34,194 bases of DNA from a virus (lineage: Duplodnaviria > Heunggongvirae > Uroviricota > Caudoviricetes): IMG/VR virus record IMGVR_UViG_2778261184_000007, positions 1 to 34,194 of that record; one strand, given 5' to 3'. Both the position numbers and the translations under genes were made by a program. Numbering within the stretch: position 1 is the first letter of the stretch; every line of letters begins with the position of its first letter. A model generated the notes under the pieces. The model was not told where the DNA came from and did not search any database. It was given only the letters and a program-made list of their open reading frames with translations. Positions 17,801-26,438 of the stretch are shown here, one piece after another.

Positions 17801-18677
17801 CTTTCGAGGTTGATGTTTCTTTTTTCCCCTTTTCTACCAATTCTTTAAGAGATTCTGCTTTACCTGTGATCTCTTTAGTTATGTCGTACATGCCACGAGC
17901 CGCCATCCATAACGGCCCACCAGCACCGACACCAGCTGCATTTGTTAAAGACTCTTCACTGGAAGACTGATTGCCATCTACCCCCATAATGGAACCTAGC
18001 TTTCTGAGAAAGCCAGCTTGTAATTTTGCGTCGGCTTTACGTGCGTTCTGCAATTCTTTTTTTCTGGCTACATCCTCATTGCTTTTTTGGGATACAAAAC
18101 GTCCATTACTATCCCGCAGCGGGCCTTTTAGACTTTGGGGGGATTGTGGTTCAAGAGGGGCTGAATTAGCAGCTACCGGTATAAAACCGTCCGATTTTCG
18201 GATGGTCTGACGTGATTGCACGGAGCGAACACTTTCTTGTGTGTTCGTTGCAACGATAGAGCGGTCCACGGTTTGGTTTATCGGTGCCCTTTCCTTTTTA
18301 GCAGGGAGACGTTTTTTATATGGGTTAGTTTGGACATCTCTAACGCTATCAGATGTACTTTGCTCGTAGTCTTTACGCCTGCGTGATAGTCTGTTGCTAA
18401 CTCTGCCTTGCCTTTCGTCCTGTTGCGTTATGGTGCTTGCCCCAGAAAGAATGGCGTCTTTTACCTCAGCAAGAGCTTTAAGTTCGTTTGTGCTCGCCCC
18501 CTGTATAGCGTCAATTATTGCGATACGGTCTTTATTCTCTTTCAAAATAACCTCTCTTTTGCCAGCGCGATCAACGTTTCCCGGCTTGAGCTTTGTATTT
18601 TTCTTCCAGGGCTTTTGACATATGGAGTGCTCGCCATTGCGGTAATTGTTCAACGTCGCTAACGGGCTGATATCCAT
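14895..18677 (-). CDS. sit: Sit-like tape-measure / structural injection protein (1260 aa) with an internal muralytic-like domain
   Basis: Very long protein in the tail cluster; Lys/Ala/Ser-rich low-complexity segment (about aa 340-520); domain …NLVFANQEGATLESPNAKGEQRFARFNTPEEGIRALANQV…KWAPPNENNTNQYIDNVSKYLGV… (about nt 16250-16650) resembles transglycosylase-type folds. Confidence 0.6.
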   Translation of the reverse strand: MDISPLATLNNYRNGEHSICQKPWKKNTKLKPGNVDRAGKREVILKENKDRIAIIDAIQGASTNELKALAEVKDAILSGASTITQQDERQGRVSNRLSRRRKDYEQSTSDSVRDVQTNPYKKRLPAKKERAPINQTVDRSIVATNTQESVRSVQSRQTIRKSDGFIPVAANSAPLEPQSPQSLKGPLRDSNGRFVSQKSNEDVARKKELQNARKADAKLQAGFLRKLGSIMGVDGNQSSSEESLTNAAGVGAGGPLWMAARGMYDITKEITGKAESLKELVEKGKKETSTSKAISPVITYPAAVNSQKATSAKAFNNAVETKSAQAVEEQTKILQTNDNKIIDGLENVSDEIVKLRKSVSSGNKFGLSDLWKNRASRRNKINIGDQTGKNKRNKSKRKGRNLGKKALSAGEKVAAGSAAAGTGVGAAKVVKNKISKPKDVSTISDTSKGIAKETKNTAKAVKSAGVVAEDATIKTGEVIAKKKTESVALKSAAKIGVKSAASTAARAVPIIGSLAMAGYDAIDGYTDTEAQKAAFGLSDDDAVSEQQKTAYATANVLDMGGLVSGATNLIGKGISALGFERAGEKLQNFDTGDIARGVNGAVDITKSVFGSLKDTFLSTDENTKQVKKAVEDGTKKTVDAIHSLGEQLQGGRNGEDGVGEHGYTSPTEFSAPANNTIAADLNIGGSNAKNRNYRNNNLGNLVFANQEGATLESPNAKGEQRFARFNTPEEGIRALANQVSSYYNGTSAAAGYQKLQTVSSIISKWAPPNENNTNQYIDNVSKYLGVSPNEKIDVSNPEVMTQLVRAIATKEGGNPAVNNEFIKNALGAFNTNTGRWEGQFSDETLARINKIQKENGGQLIARDSQYSVGRKVKYANGKSPAQPVLNAVPTATQQPIEVAQHAQAVKKPQKTGNQSQPINPEIVDVNTGSPSSLLERLIAINDSGVGNLFGGAATSLAGTNLGLIKDFASATSFGSISSLSEKAKGMDQALTEKISSLTGKSFGFQKASQVTDIRDALQKRPKAERDMPSVDLLSGVSSASESEKISVNSRGIPVYDNGYKVIDGEDKGVLGSLFDSSLTGLKRISSAVLPAIGDNVSQLIGGVDGTGIVNDLVYQATGQNSTIARAISPLTKSAGSWLNNGIQQTADSIRGISNEANNAIFGSASAVQEPFLALPPQLPTVTDLARSGIRQPLTTDTINNDPAMLKALDNICSILNDLLNVNKNNTKGDPDKVVKTSQPQPRPRASTTINDPSLDALLED

Positions 18678-18691
18678 ATAGAGTCAGGTTG

Positions 18692-19513
18692 TTAATAATG
18701 GTTAGCCATCCATTCAGATCTAATTGATGGGATAAACTCTCTATTGAGAAAGGGGACGTACAGTGTGGTTGTCACATCTGCACCCTCCTTAGCGTTTTTG
18801 CAATGTTGCGGAGGCAGGATCAGTCGGCTTGTGCCTCTCTCAATAGACATTTTCAGGCCGTGGCGTAGGTCTTTTTGCATAAGCTGTATGCGAGCCACAA
18901 GCGGTGTAAACTCGGTTTCAAGCGCCATGCTTTCAATGATGTCGAAGCGTCGGTTAGCTGCTTGAGTGAAGTCTTCCGGATCGTCGTCCAGTGCTGTGCA
19001 TAAAGCGAGTTCTGCAATGCGCATACGGGCCACGCCTGCACTGTATTCGGGGCTTTTCATATCAGGAAGTGACGCTCGCATTCGTTCAAGGAGTTCCGCG
19101 CCTTTCCCGGTTAATGGTTTAAGTATCCAGTCAGTTGGTACTCCATTTACTGGTACGTTGGTTTTCACGTAAGGAGGTACAGTGAGTATTTCTACTGTTT
19201 GGGCCAGGTCGCTCAGGTTAATATCTGCATGATGCGTATTACCGCAGTGACTGCACTCATAGGAGTAGGTCATTACTGCATCGGGGCGCGAATTAACAAA
19301 TATCCACCAAAGAGCAGTTCTGCGATCCTGAACTGTCCAGTTAGCACTGTCGTTAATTTCACCATCCTGCATAGAGTTAAGGTACTCTGTAGTAGTTGCC
19401 TCATCTTCTGCCGGGTTCAGGTCAGAATATTTCAGCGCATCCTTCACGGTAGGGGCGTGGAACTGAATTTCTGTCTCAGGACGGGAAGGCAATGGGAATT
19501 TTGGAATGTTCAA
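18692..19513 (-). CDS. Morphogenesis protein (PmgB-position, 273 aa)
   Basis: Synteny only. Confidence 0.35.
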   Translation of the reverse strand: MNIPKFPLPSRPETEIQFHAPTVKDALKYSDLNPAEDEATTTEYLNSMQDGEINDSANWTVQDRRTALWWIFVNSRPDAVMTYSYECSHCGNTHHADINLSDLAQTVEILTVPPYVKTNVPVNGVPTDWILKPLTGKGAELLERMRASLPDMKSPEYSAGVARMRIAELALCTALDDDPEDFTQAANRRFDIIESMALETEFTPLVARIQLMQKDLRHGLKMSIERGTSRLILPPQHCKNAKEGADVTTTLYVPFLNREFIPSIRSEWMANHY

Positions 19514-19655
19514 TTATTCCTCCGAAAAGCAGGTATCTGTTCATTTTCCAGAGGATAGGGAGTGTGTGATTTGCGATGGGGATTGAATGAAGATCTTTGC
19601 TAGTCGAGAAGCGATTATTGAGGGTGATTTTTACACCTTAAGTGACGCTACTCAC

Positions 19656-19664
19656 ATATCCACA
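19656..19664. promoter_or_regulatory. DnaA-box-like 9-mer (ATATCCACA) followed by an AT-rich stretch with short CCTTTTT repeats (19671-19715), candidate DNA-unwinding element
   Basis: 8/9 match to TTATCCACA; sits upstream of the direct iteron array and rep gene. Confidence 0.4.
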
Positions 19665-19760
19665 GAGTATTTTTATAAACCTTTTTCCATTTTTAATCCT
19701 TTTTAGATCCTTTTTAGGCGTCGCTGGAGCCAGTAGTGGCGCGGGCTGTAGAGGAGGCTG

Positions 19761-19877
19761 GTGTAAGATTTGCCCTCAATTAAATACGATCGGTGTAAGA
19801 TTTGCCCTCAAAAGGTGTAAGATTTGCCCTCAAAAGGTGTAGTAATTGCCCTCAAAGTGATGTAAAAATTGCCCTCA
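19761..19877 (+). repeat. Five direct iterons (GTGTAAGATTTGCCCTCAA and variants), 22-bp phased after the first pair
   Basis: Copies at 19761, 19793, 19815, 19837, 19859; an inverted copy at 19621-19640. Confidence 0.85.
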
Positions 19878-19901
19878 CCATTTGAAGGATCACACAGGGT
19901 T

Positions 19902-20657
19902 ATGAACAGAGCGGAATTAACAGCAAAAGCAGTCAGCCTGATTGAGTCAGCGACACCTATTAGTCGTAGTTTGGCACAAGCCAATGAGATCACGGAGGCT
20001 GCTTATCACCTGACTCGCGACCAAAAGCGACTGTTGTTTATTGTGGTGGGAAGACTTCGCTATGCTTCTAAGGATGGCGTTCTTGGTTCAGGTGCCTGTG
20101 AGTTGACGGTCAACGAATATGCAGAGATGTATAATTTGCCCTCTGCTGAAGCCAGCAAGGATATTCGTAAGGCCATTTCAGGGCTTAGCGAGAAGAAAGT
20201 TACGATATATAACCCTGATGAATCGACCGAATCAGAAGACAGTTATGAGTCTTATCCTTGGATGATTAAGGATGCCTATTCACCACGGCGCGGGACTTAC
20301 ATTATTCATCTTAATCCATATCTCATGCCGTTTTTTACTCTGCTTGATAAGAGATTCACAAGGCTGAATTTTACCGAAGTATCTCGCCTTACAAATCCTT
20401 ATTCTATGCGGCTTTATGAGTCCTTATGCCAGTACAGGAAGGATGATGGAAGCGGCTTTGCCATACTTGGCGTCGAATGGATGCGGGAGCGTTATGGGTT
20501 ACCAAAAAGCTATCAGCGGTATGCCGAATTTAAGAGAAGTTTTTTAACGAAGGCTGTAGCAGAGATTGAAAAAAATACAAAAATGAAAATAGTCTTCTCA
20601 GAGGTGACGGAAGGCGGCAAAGTTACCAGGATAAAATTTACCTATCAGCAGTCTTAA
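19902..20657 (+). CDS. Iteron-binding replication initiator, Rep_3 (pSC101 RepA-like) family, about 251 aa from ATG 19902
   Basis: Motifs matching pSC101 RepA as recalled: …ELTVNEYAEMYNL…VTIYNP… and …NPYSMRLYESL…; flanked by iterons. The ORF track starts 33 nt earlier inside the iteron array. Confidence 0.8.
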   Translation: MNRAELTAKAVSLIESATPISRSLAQANEITEAAYHLTRDQKRLLFIVVGRLRYASKDGVLGSGACELTVNEYAEMYNLPSAEASKDIRKAISGLSEKKVTIYNPDESTESEDSYESYPWMIKDAYSPRRGTYIIHLNPYLMPFFTLLDKRFTRLNFTEVSRLTNPYSMRLYESLCQYRKDDGSGFAILGVEWMRERYGLPKSYQRYAEFKRSFLTKAVAEIEKNTKMKIVFSEVTEGGKVTRIKFTYQQS

Positions 20658-20948
20658 GGGCAATTTTTACACCCCTCTCAAGGTGTAGAATTTGCCCTTA
20701 ACGATCGGCAATTGAGGGCAATTTTTACATCTTAATTGCATGTATCTTGTTATTAGCAAGTTGTGTTTTTATATAACGTATTGATATGTAAGGACTATGT
20801 AAAAATCGCCCTCAACCAATATCGTGCGTATCGTGCATTCTTATTGCGCTTTTTTATTATCATTCACTGTGTTAACTGATTGATATTATTGAAATGTGTA
20901 AAGAATGCCTTCATTACAGATGAATTGATGATGTAAAAAATGCCCTCA
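20655..20948. repeat. Downstream iteron cluster (mixed orientation), candidate copy-control locus
   Basis: Copies at 20655-20675 (inverted), 20681-20701, 20712-20731 (inverted), 20797-20816, 20929-20948; AT-rich stretch 20740-20790. Confidence 0.75.
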
Positions 20949-21038
20949 AAATTGCGCTACCTTCCCTACCCGCTATCGTTGAGGGCGTGGGTGCTGACGG
21001 GAAATGAGCAACCCTCCAGCACACATAATTAAAGCTAT

Positions 21039-21746
21039 TCAGAATTTGATCACTCCACTCACAGCCCCCTTTAACGCACTTGTAGCCATGCCAGCGGCAC
21101 CGTTGACCAAAGCAGAAACACCTGAGCCTGCGGATGTGTATTTCTGGAAAGTGATTGGGTATGACAAGAACTCTGACACCTGATCACGTGAGCGTGTGAT
21201 TTCCCCAAGTTGCGTAGGAAATACGCGCATTTCTTCTTCCAGTTCTTTTCCGCCGTCCTGAGTCACCCGGTAGACACGGATTTTCATCAGATATTCAGGA
21301 GGAAGGTTTATTGTTCCATCAGGATTTGTTACACGAGAACGACGCTCTTTGAACCAGTCCATGATCTTGCCATCTTCGGTATCCCTCACGGTCATAGTGA
21401 CCGGTCCGGCGCTAACATAGGTTGGCTTGCTGAATTCTACGCTGCCGATCACCTTGCTTTCTGTCTCAATGTTTCCACTGCTGTAGGTGATATCCTTCAC
21501 GAACATATCGAAGCCGTTCAGGCCATCCACTTCAACGGTCCACTGCCACCCCTGGGCGTAACGGATACGCATAGCGGCAGCAACAATATTTTTCCCGTAG
21601 GCAATATCGCTACTGTAATTCCCGCTTACCCCGCCGCCTGATATGGCTTTATCAAGAATGTCGCTAATGAGGTTGCTGGTGAATGATTTCGTGTTAAATG
21701 ACAATGCGGTGGTCAACGTTCTACCAACGCTGCTGAAAATACTCAC
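21039..21746 (-). CDS. Tail structural protein (possible tube, Tub-position, 235 aa)
   Basis: Position after the PmgB-like gene; no diagnostic motif. Confidence 0.35.
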   Translation of the reverse strand: MSIFSSVGRTLTTALSFNTKSFTSNLISDILDKAISGGGVSGNYSSDIAYGKNIVAAAMRIRYAQGWQWTVEVDGLNGFDMFVKDITYSSGNIETESKVIGSVEFSKPTYVSAGPVTMTVRDTEDGKIMDWFKERRSRVTNPDGTINLPPEYLMKIRVYRVTQDGGKELEEEMRVFPTQLGEITRSRDQVSEFLSYPITFQKYTSAGSGVSALVNGAAGMATSALKGAVSGVIKF

Positions 21747-21761
21747 TCTGCGCCTCCAGCG

Positions 21762-22313
21762 TTAAAAAATGGTAGCCCCCGGAATAATGGCCCGGTTTGA
21801 GGACATTTTTTCCTCAATCTCCTGCACGCGGGCATATAGCGTGGCTTCATCGGGCAGATCTGAGTAGTCAAATTTCCCGTCGATGGACGCTCTACGCTGC
21901 CGGGCGACATTTCTTACATTGATAAGCGCCTCCAGATATTCCTCCAGCATTCCAATGATTGCAGGAGGCACTTGCCATTCATCCAGCTCTCTGTCGCGTA
22001 GATTAACCAGATACAGCATTCGAAAAGGCCAGCGTTCTGAACCTGTTAGCTCTAATTCAATAAATCCGGATAATTCATCCGAATAGACCAACAAGCCGTT
22101 GTTGTCGGTAACATGAACCAGAGAGAGATAATCTTCTGGCAACGGGATTGCAGTACCACCAGCTTTTTCAAGTTTTAACGTTTTCACTACCCCTGCCCTG
22201 TCCTGATACGTGGTCAGAGCTTTGATCAGGAATGCTTTCAACGTTTCTTCTTCACGCACAAGCAGCGGATTAAATCGCTCTTTAACGCTTTCTAATAATT
22301 CAATTGGTGTCAT
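21762..22313 (-). CDS. Phage morphogenesis protein (183 aa)
   Basis: ORF in the structural string. Confidence 0.35.
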   Translation of the reverse strand: MTPIELLESVKERFNPLLVREEETLKAFLIKALTTYQDRAGVVKTLKLEKAGGTAIPLPEDYLSLVHVTDNNGLLVYSDELSGFIELELTGSERWPFRMLYLVNLRDRELDEWQVPPAIIGMLEEYLEALINVRNVARQRRASIDGKFDYSDLPDEATLYARVQEIEEKMSSNRAIIPGATIF

Positions 22314-22367
22314 TGTTGCCTACAACTCAATAACAAGGATGTTCCCGCCACAAGGGCGGGATAGGGA

Positions 22368-22859
22368 TTATTCCGCCCAGTTGTAAACAATGCGCAGGGA
22401 AGGTTTAACGACCGCCGTTACGTCTTCGGATGAGAAGTCCACGGCGTCGGAATACACTTTGCAATGAGAATATGTGCGGATCAGACCTTTATGGTTACCG
22501 CTATTCGATTCAGCCGCCGCCTGTAAGGTAATTTCCAGATATTCTTTTCCGTATACCATCTGTTTTACAGCGGCGAGAACTGCGCCTTCGATAGTTTCCG
22601 CGCATGTGACCTGAAATTCACCAGAGTTGCGTAATGGTCCGTGCTGGTTGAATTTCATGCCACCGGGGGCGTAATCCTCCACATCTTCACGTGTCATTTC
22701 TGGTAACTGAGCTGTACGAACTAGTACAGACAGATGTTCGTAACCCTTAATGGTCATCCAATATTCAGAACCAATAAGTTTTTCGCCTGCAGCCAGGTTT
22801 TTATTAAACCGGGATTTTAGAAAGGCCATATCGGCTTTTGTATTTGCAAAACCGGACAT
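22368..22859 (-). CDS. Phage tail/baseplate protein (163 aa)
   Basis: ORF in the structural string; short GC hairpin (22344-22360) in the gap to the next gene. Confidence 0.35.
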   Translation of the reverse strand: MSGFANTKADMAFLKSRFNKNLAAGEKLIGSEYWMTIKGYEHLSVLVRTAQLPEMTREDVEDYAPGGMKFNQHGPLRNSGEFQVTCAETIEGAVLAAVKQMVYGKEYLEITLQAAAESNSGNHKGLIRTYSHCKVYSDAVDFSSEDVTAVVKPSLRIVYNWAE

Positions 22860-22867
22860 AAATACTC

Positions 22868-23458
22868 CTACACAAAAACAGATGAGATATTGCTACGGTT
22901 GATCGATGTGTTACCGCTGCATTGCAGGGTTACCGTGTTATGAGTGAAATAGCCTTCCGGTGTGCGCGGGGCGTCCAGTTGGTAACTCACGCTTTTGATA
23001 ACAACGTCGGTAAGGGCTATGTTCCTACCTATGTTTAACGTTACTGTCTCCGGGCGACGACCGAATGGCGCTACATTGTTCAGTTCCGGCGATTCCATCT
23101 TCAGCAATGCTGTAATGGCTGCGTTCACTTCAAGTTGCGCGTTCGTTGTCGCCATGAAATCAATTATCAGATTAAATTCAGGCGGTTGCTGACCTTCCCA
23201 AACAAGCATTGAGTTGAAGAGGGTTTTTGTTGTTACGCCGGTTGCGGTCTGAAGCGTATCTGCAAGAGAGCCAGCCGCAGCGCTAATACCGCCAAGCAAA
23301 CCTCCTACTGACTGGTTTTCAAATGGTGATTGCCACATTGATGACAGTTCTGCGGTAGATCCTTCACCGATATAACCGACGACCATATCCTCTGAAGAGA
23401 GGATATAAACCTTCATTAACGGACTTATTCCGTCAGGCATTATCGCGCCGCAAATCAA
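22868..23458 (-). CDS. Phage tail/baseplate protein (196 aa, TTG start inferred)
   Basis: GGGAG SD 9 nt upstream of TTG; the first in-frame ATGs lack an SD. Confidence 0.35.
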   Translation of the reverse strand: MICGAIMPDGISPLMKVYILSSEDMVVGYIGEGSTAELSSMWQSPFENQSVGGLLGGISAAAGSLADTLQTATGVTTKTLFNSMLVWEGQQPPEFNLIIDFMATTNAQLEVNAAITALLKMESPELNNVAPFGRRPETVTLNIGRNIALTDVVIKSVSYQLDAPRTPEGYFTHNTVTLQCSGNTSINRSNISSVFV

Positions 23459-23507
23459 ACGCTATTTCTCCCAGGTAGAGGCCACCTTTGCAGGCGGCCT
23501 ATGTCAC

Positions 23508-24248
23508 TTACAAACCGCGTTTTTTGCGAATGCGCATTGATTTTTTGCGGTTGATATTCGCTACGGATGTATGTGCTTTGCGGCGTGCTTTTTTCAGCGC
23601 CTGTTTTTGCAATGACGTCATGCGGCGAGGACGCGGGCGTTTACGGATGATGGTAACCTTGCCATCACGAACCACTTTTTTACGTACCGCTTCCAGCATT
23701 GCGCTATCACCACCAGCAACGGTGTAAATGGCAATAGCTGTTTCCATCATGTCGGTGTCGCTTTCGGAAAGAGCGTCATAAACACGTTCGGCAGCTGAGT
23801 CATCTTCATCGTCGATCATTTCGGTTACATCGTCCTGATCAGCGCCAAGCGCAACAGCTGCATCAGCAAGAGCTGCGAGAGCATCGTTATAAGCATCGAT
23901 TTGCTCATCGGTGAAATCGGTGTCTTCATCGATATCAGCCAGGCCAGCCATAGTGATTGCTAATGCATCAAATGAGTCAGCCTCCGGATCACCATCTTCA
24001 ACCCAACCAGCAAGCATGGAAGCTGCCAGGCTGCGCATATCACCTTGTGCACGGGATTCAACCGCTTCCATCATCGCGGTTTCAATGTCGCCTTTGGGCT
24101 TTGGTTGAGTGTCCTTTCCTTTCTGTCCTGCGCTTTCCAGCATGGCGTTATCATTATTGTCCTGCGTGGATTTACCACCGCTTTCAAAGCAGCCAGAACC
24201 GAAAATCGCACGCATAAAAGGATCAGCAGTATAATTTTTCATATTCAA
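23508..24248 (-). CDS. 246-aa protein with acidic body and strongly basic C-terminal tail
   Basis: D/E-rich centre (…DEDTDFTDEQIDAYND…DDEDDSAAE…) followed by RKRPRPRRMTSLQKQALKKARRKAH…RKKSMRIRKKRGL. Confidence 0.4.
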   Translation of the reverse strand: MNMKNYTADPFMRAIFGSGCFESGGKSTQDNNDNAMLESAGQKGKDTQPKPKGDIETAMMEAVESRAQGDMRSLAASMLAGWVEDGDPEADSFDALAITMAGLADIDEDTDFTDEQIDAYNDALAALADAAVALGADQDDVTEMIDDEDDSAAERVYDALSESDTDMMETAIAIYTVAGGDSAMLEAVRKKVVRDGKVTIIRKRPRPRRMTSLQKQALKKARRKAHTSVANINRKKSMRIRKKRGL

Positions 24249-24257
24249 ACCTCTCTC

Positions 24258-24280
24258 CCCCGCATCATTTAGCGGGGGGT
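24258..24280. other. GC hairpin (CCCCCGC-loop-GCGGGGG) immediately downstream of the sheath-like gene stop
   Basis: On the minus transcript it sits between the stop codon and the SD of the next gene; candidate attenuator. Confidence 0.35.
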
Positions 24281-24286
24281 TATAAA

Positions 24287-25945
24287 TCAGCGCATCAGAA
24301 TTGGCTTACCGACGATTCGGCGAGCTGTACCGGTCGGACAAACAGACCAGGACACTTCCCACAGATCGATGTCCTTTTGGACAACCTGAACAACATATGG
24401 ATCTTCGCCCTGGGACTTGTCACGTGGAGTAACCAGCGCACCGGCTGCAACGTAACGGTCAAGCAATTCAGTCATTGCTTTCATTAGCGTTTCTTTGGTA
24501 ATGCCATCCGGTTCGTGCTTAATCGCCTGAGCTACTTCATAGAAATCTCTGGCGATGGCGTTCATCAAGGAAGACACATGCTGGAATCGCAGATAGTTGT
24601 TTTTGCTGTAAGTTGTTAAAGAGTCGTCAATGTAAACGGACCCGTCAGCAGCAACTGAAACTGGATTAATGCGCGCAAGAACGAACGCTTCACGATCAAC
24701 TGCACCGATATTTGGAATTCGGGCAATGTTCTGTCGATCAATAATCGCGCGTGATATACCTGCAGGTGCGTAATGCCAACCACCAACATCCGGTACCAGC
24801 GCCACTCCTTTTGCTTTCGCTACGAATGCGTCGCAGCTAATGCCATAGACGACATTCATTCCAGTGAAAGTATCTCGGCAGGAGAGCGGGAAGTAGTAAC
24901 GGCTTGGTTGATGTGAGCCGCCAAAACTATGGCTTTTCGCTTCTGAAATAGCGTTTTCAGGTGTCTGGTTGCCCTTCAGGTCATAGAACATGTCTACGCG
25001 AACATCTTCAGCCAGCTTTTTGATTGCGGCTAAGGCGGATGCGTCATAACAACCCAGTGACAGCAATGCGGTGTAATTAACCTCTGAAGCTTCGAGAACC
25101 TTTAATGCTTCCAGATAGTCTTCAGTGTCAATTTCGGACAGATCTCCATCAGTACCACCTTCAAAAGCTACATCCTCAAAAATGAGTTGAGCAGCGGATG
25201 CTTCTGCATTATCTGCCAGTACGGCACCAATGCGAGTGGACTGGCTTTCAAGCAGTGTCGGAATCCATGCTGGTTGGCCCATGTCGTTAGTGCCTTCTGG
25301 ATTGAAAGACACCTGGTGGCTTTCCAGCACCTCAATGGACCCATCGGTTTGTTTTTCTTTCAGCGTCAGCGTAAAGAGTTCGCTTTCTTCATCATCGCGA
25401 GTTAGTGATAACGTGCGATTTTGAGATGCATCACCATCTTTGATGAAGAATAATGCCTTCTCTTCACCTTTAATCCTGGGCGTCTCTTTGGGTGTGAAGG
25501 ACACTGATTGAGTCGTTGCAGTTGAAGCAACACCAACGCTTAATGTGTCACCTGGATTTACTGTGGTTTCAGTAGGTTCAACGGAAAGTTCTTTGCTCGC
25601 CTTTGCCGCTTTTGCTTTGCCCACAACGGAAACAGAAATACCCGGCACCTTCATGTCTTTAGCGCAAACTCGAACGACATATCCAGAGCCGCCTTTTACT
25701 GCACGCTCCACGTGGCGATATGGTTCAAATGCCGCACCCTGGCGAGGGTGAATCGGTGAACCTAATACGCTTTGATAAGTCGTATCGTCAACTTTCAGTA
25801 CCTTACCCGGTGCGCCACGACGCGATATTACAAGCCCAGCAAAGACGGATGCGCCACCGCTGGTATTGGTGAGGGTAGCGTCAGCATTTACTGACATTAC
25901 AGCAACGCCAGCTGCCTGCCCTACCGAAAAACTAATCTTATTCAT
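24287..25945 (-). CDS. Contractile tail sheath-like protein (552 aa)
   Basis: Size and C-terminal region (…GWHYAPAGISRAI…ARINPV…) consistent with myovirus sheath proteins; flanked by hairpins as is common for highly expressed structural genes. Confidence 0.5.
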   Translation of the reverse strand: MNKISFSVGQAAGVAVMSVNADATLTNTSGGASVFAGLVISRRGAPGKVLKVDDTTYQSVLGSPIHPRQGAAFEPYRHVERAVKGGSGYVVRVCAKDMKVPGISVSVVGKAKAAKASKELSVEPTETTVNPGDTLSVGVASTATTQSVSFTPKETPRIKGEEKALFFIKDGDASQNRTLSLTRDDEESELFTLTLKEKQTDGSIEVLESHQVSFNPEGTNDMGQPAWIPTLLESQSTRIGAVLADNAEASAAQLIFEDVAFEGGTDGDLSEIDTEDYLEALKVLEASEVNYTALLSLGCYDASALAAIKKLAEDVRVDMFYDLKGNQTPENAISEAKSHSFGGSHQPSRYYFPLSCRDTFTGMNVVYGISCDAFVAKAKGVALVPDVGGWHYAPAGISRAIIDRQNIARIPNIGAVDREAFVLARINPVSVAADGSVYIDDSLTTYSKNNYLRFQHVSSLMNAIARDFYEVAQAIKHEPDGITKETLMKAMTELLDRYVAAGALVTPRDKSQGEDPYVVQVVQKDIDLWEVSWSVCPTGTARRIVGKPILMR

Positions 25946-26012
25946 GCTGGTTCTTATCCTCTAAAGCGAGAGAACGAGGCAAGGCTACCCACGGTTAATG
26001 GGCAGCCTCTGA

Positions 26013-26291
26013 TCAGGATTCGCTTACCGTGAAGTTGTCGCCTACGGTTACTTCTTTCGTAGTTGGTTCAACACTGACGGCGCTTACGCTTTTAGGTGCC
26101 TCCCTAACAGTGACTGTGCACTGTGCTGTTTTATTGCCGTCATTTGTTTTGATTGTCAGCACTGCCTGCCCGGCCTTAAGAGCGGTACATGTAGTGCCAT
26201 CAACCTGGACAATTTCAGGGTGATCTGACTCAACAGTGAAAGATTTGTCTGTTGCGTCAGATGGCGTGATAGTTACTTGAATGTTTGCCAT
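26013..26291 (-). CDS. Small Ig-like (Big_2-type) domain protein (92 aa)
   Basis: Beta-rich motif …VTITPSDAT…KAGQAVLTIKTNDGNKTAQCTVTV… typical of bacterial Ig-like domains found in phage decoration/tail proteins. Confidence 0.5.
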   Translation of the reverse strand: MANIQVTITPSDATDKSFTVESDHPEIVQVDGTTCTALKAGQAVLTIKTNDGNKTAQCTVTVREAPKSVSAVSVEPTTKEVTVGDNFTVSES

Positions 26292-26304
26292 TCTTTTCTC
26301 CTGA

Positions 26305-26334
26305 ACGCCCCTTATTCAGGGGCGTGTTTTTGCC
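26305..26334 (+). terminator. Intrinsic-terminator-like hairpin with T-run on the + strand (ACGCCCCT-TATTC-AGGGGCGT-GTTTTTG)
   Basis: Sits 4 nt upstream of the SD of the minus-strand Big_2 gene; would stop antisense (+) transcription entering the structural operon. Confidence 0.4.
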
Positions 26335-26438
26335 TTACTTCTGCTTTGTTTTTTTCTGTGCCTTTGAAGTGTTCGCGGCGATAGTTTCACCTTCATCTAC
26401 GTCAAGTGACGTTGGTGATACCGACACGTTCGCCACCA

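Noticed and set aside
17113-18662. Hydrophobic + strand ORFs (e.g. 17113-17523, 18394-18662) that look like membrane proteins
   Set aside because: They are the reverse complement of the Lys/Ala-rich low-complexity region of the tape-measure gene, which produces Phe/Leu-rich frames artefactually.
19761-19877. CRISPR-like array (regularly spaced direct repeats)
   Set aside because: Repeat units are 19-20 bp and abut with 2-3 bp between them, so there are no spacers; they flank a Rep_3 initiator gene and recur in inverted orientation. These are iterons.
20740-20790. AT-rich stretch downstream of rep as a possible second origin or promoter
   Set aside because: No DnaA box or phased repeats seen there; the better origin candidate is the upstream DnaA-box/AT-rich/iteron arrangement.
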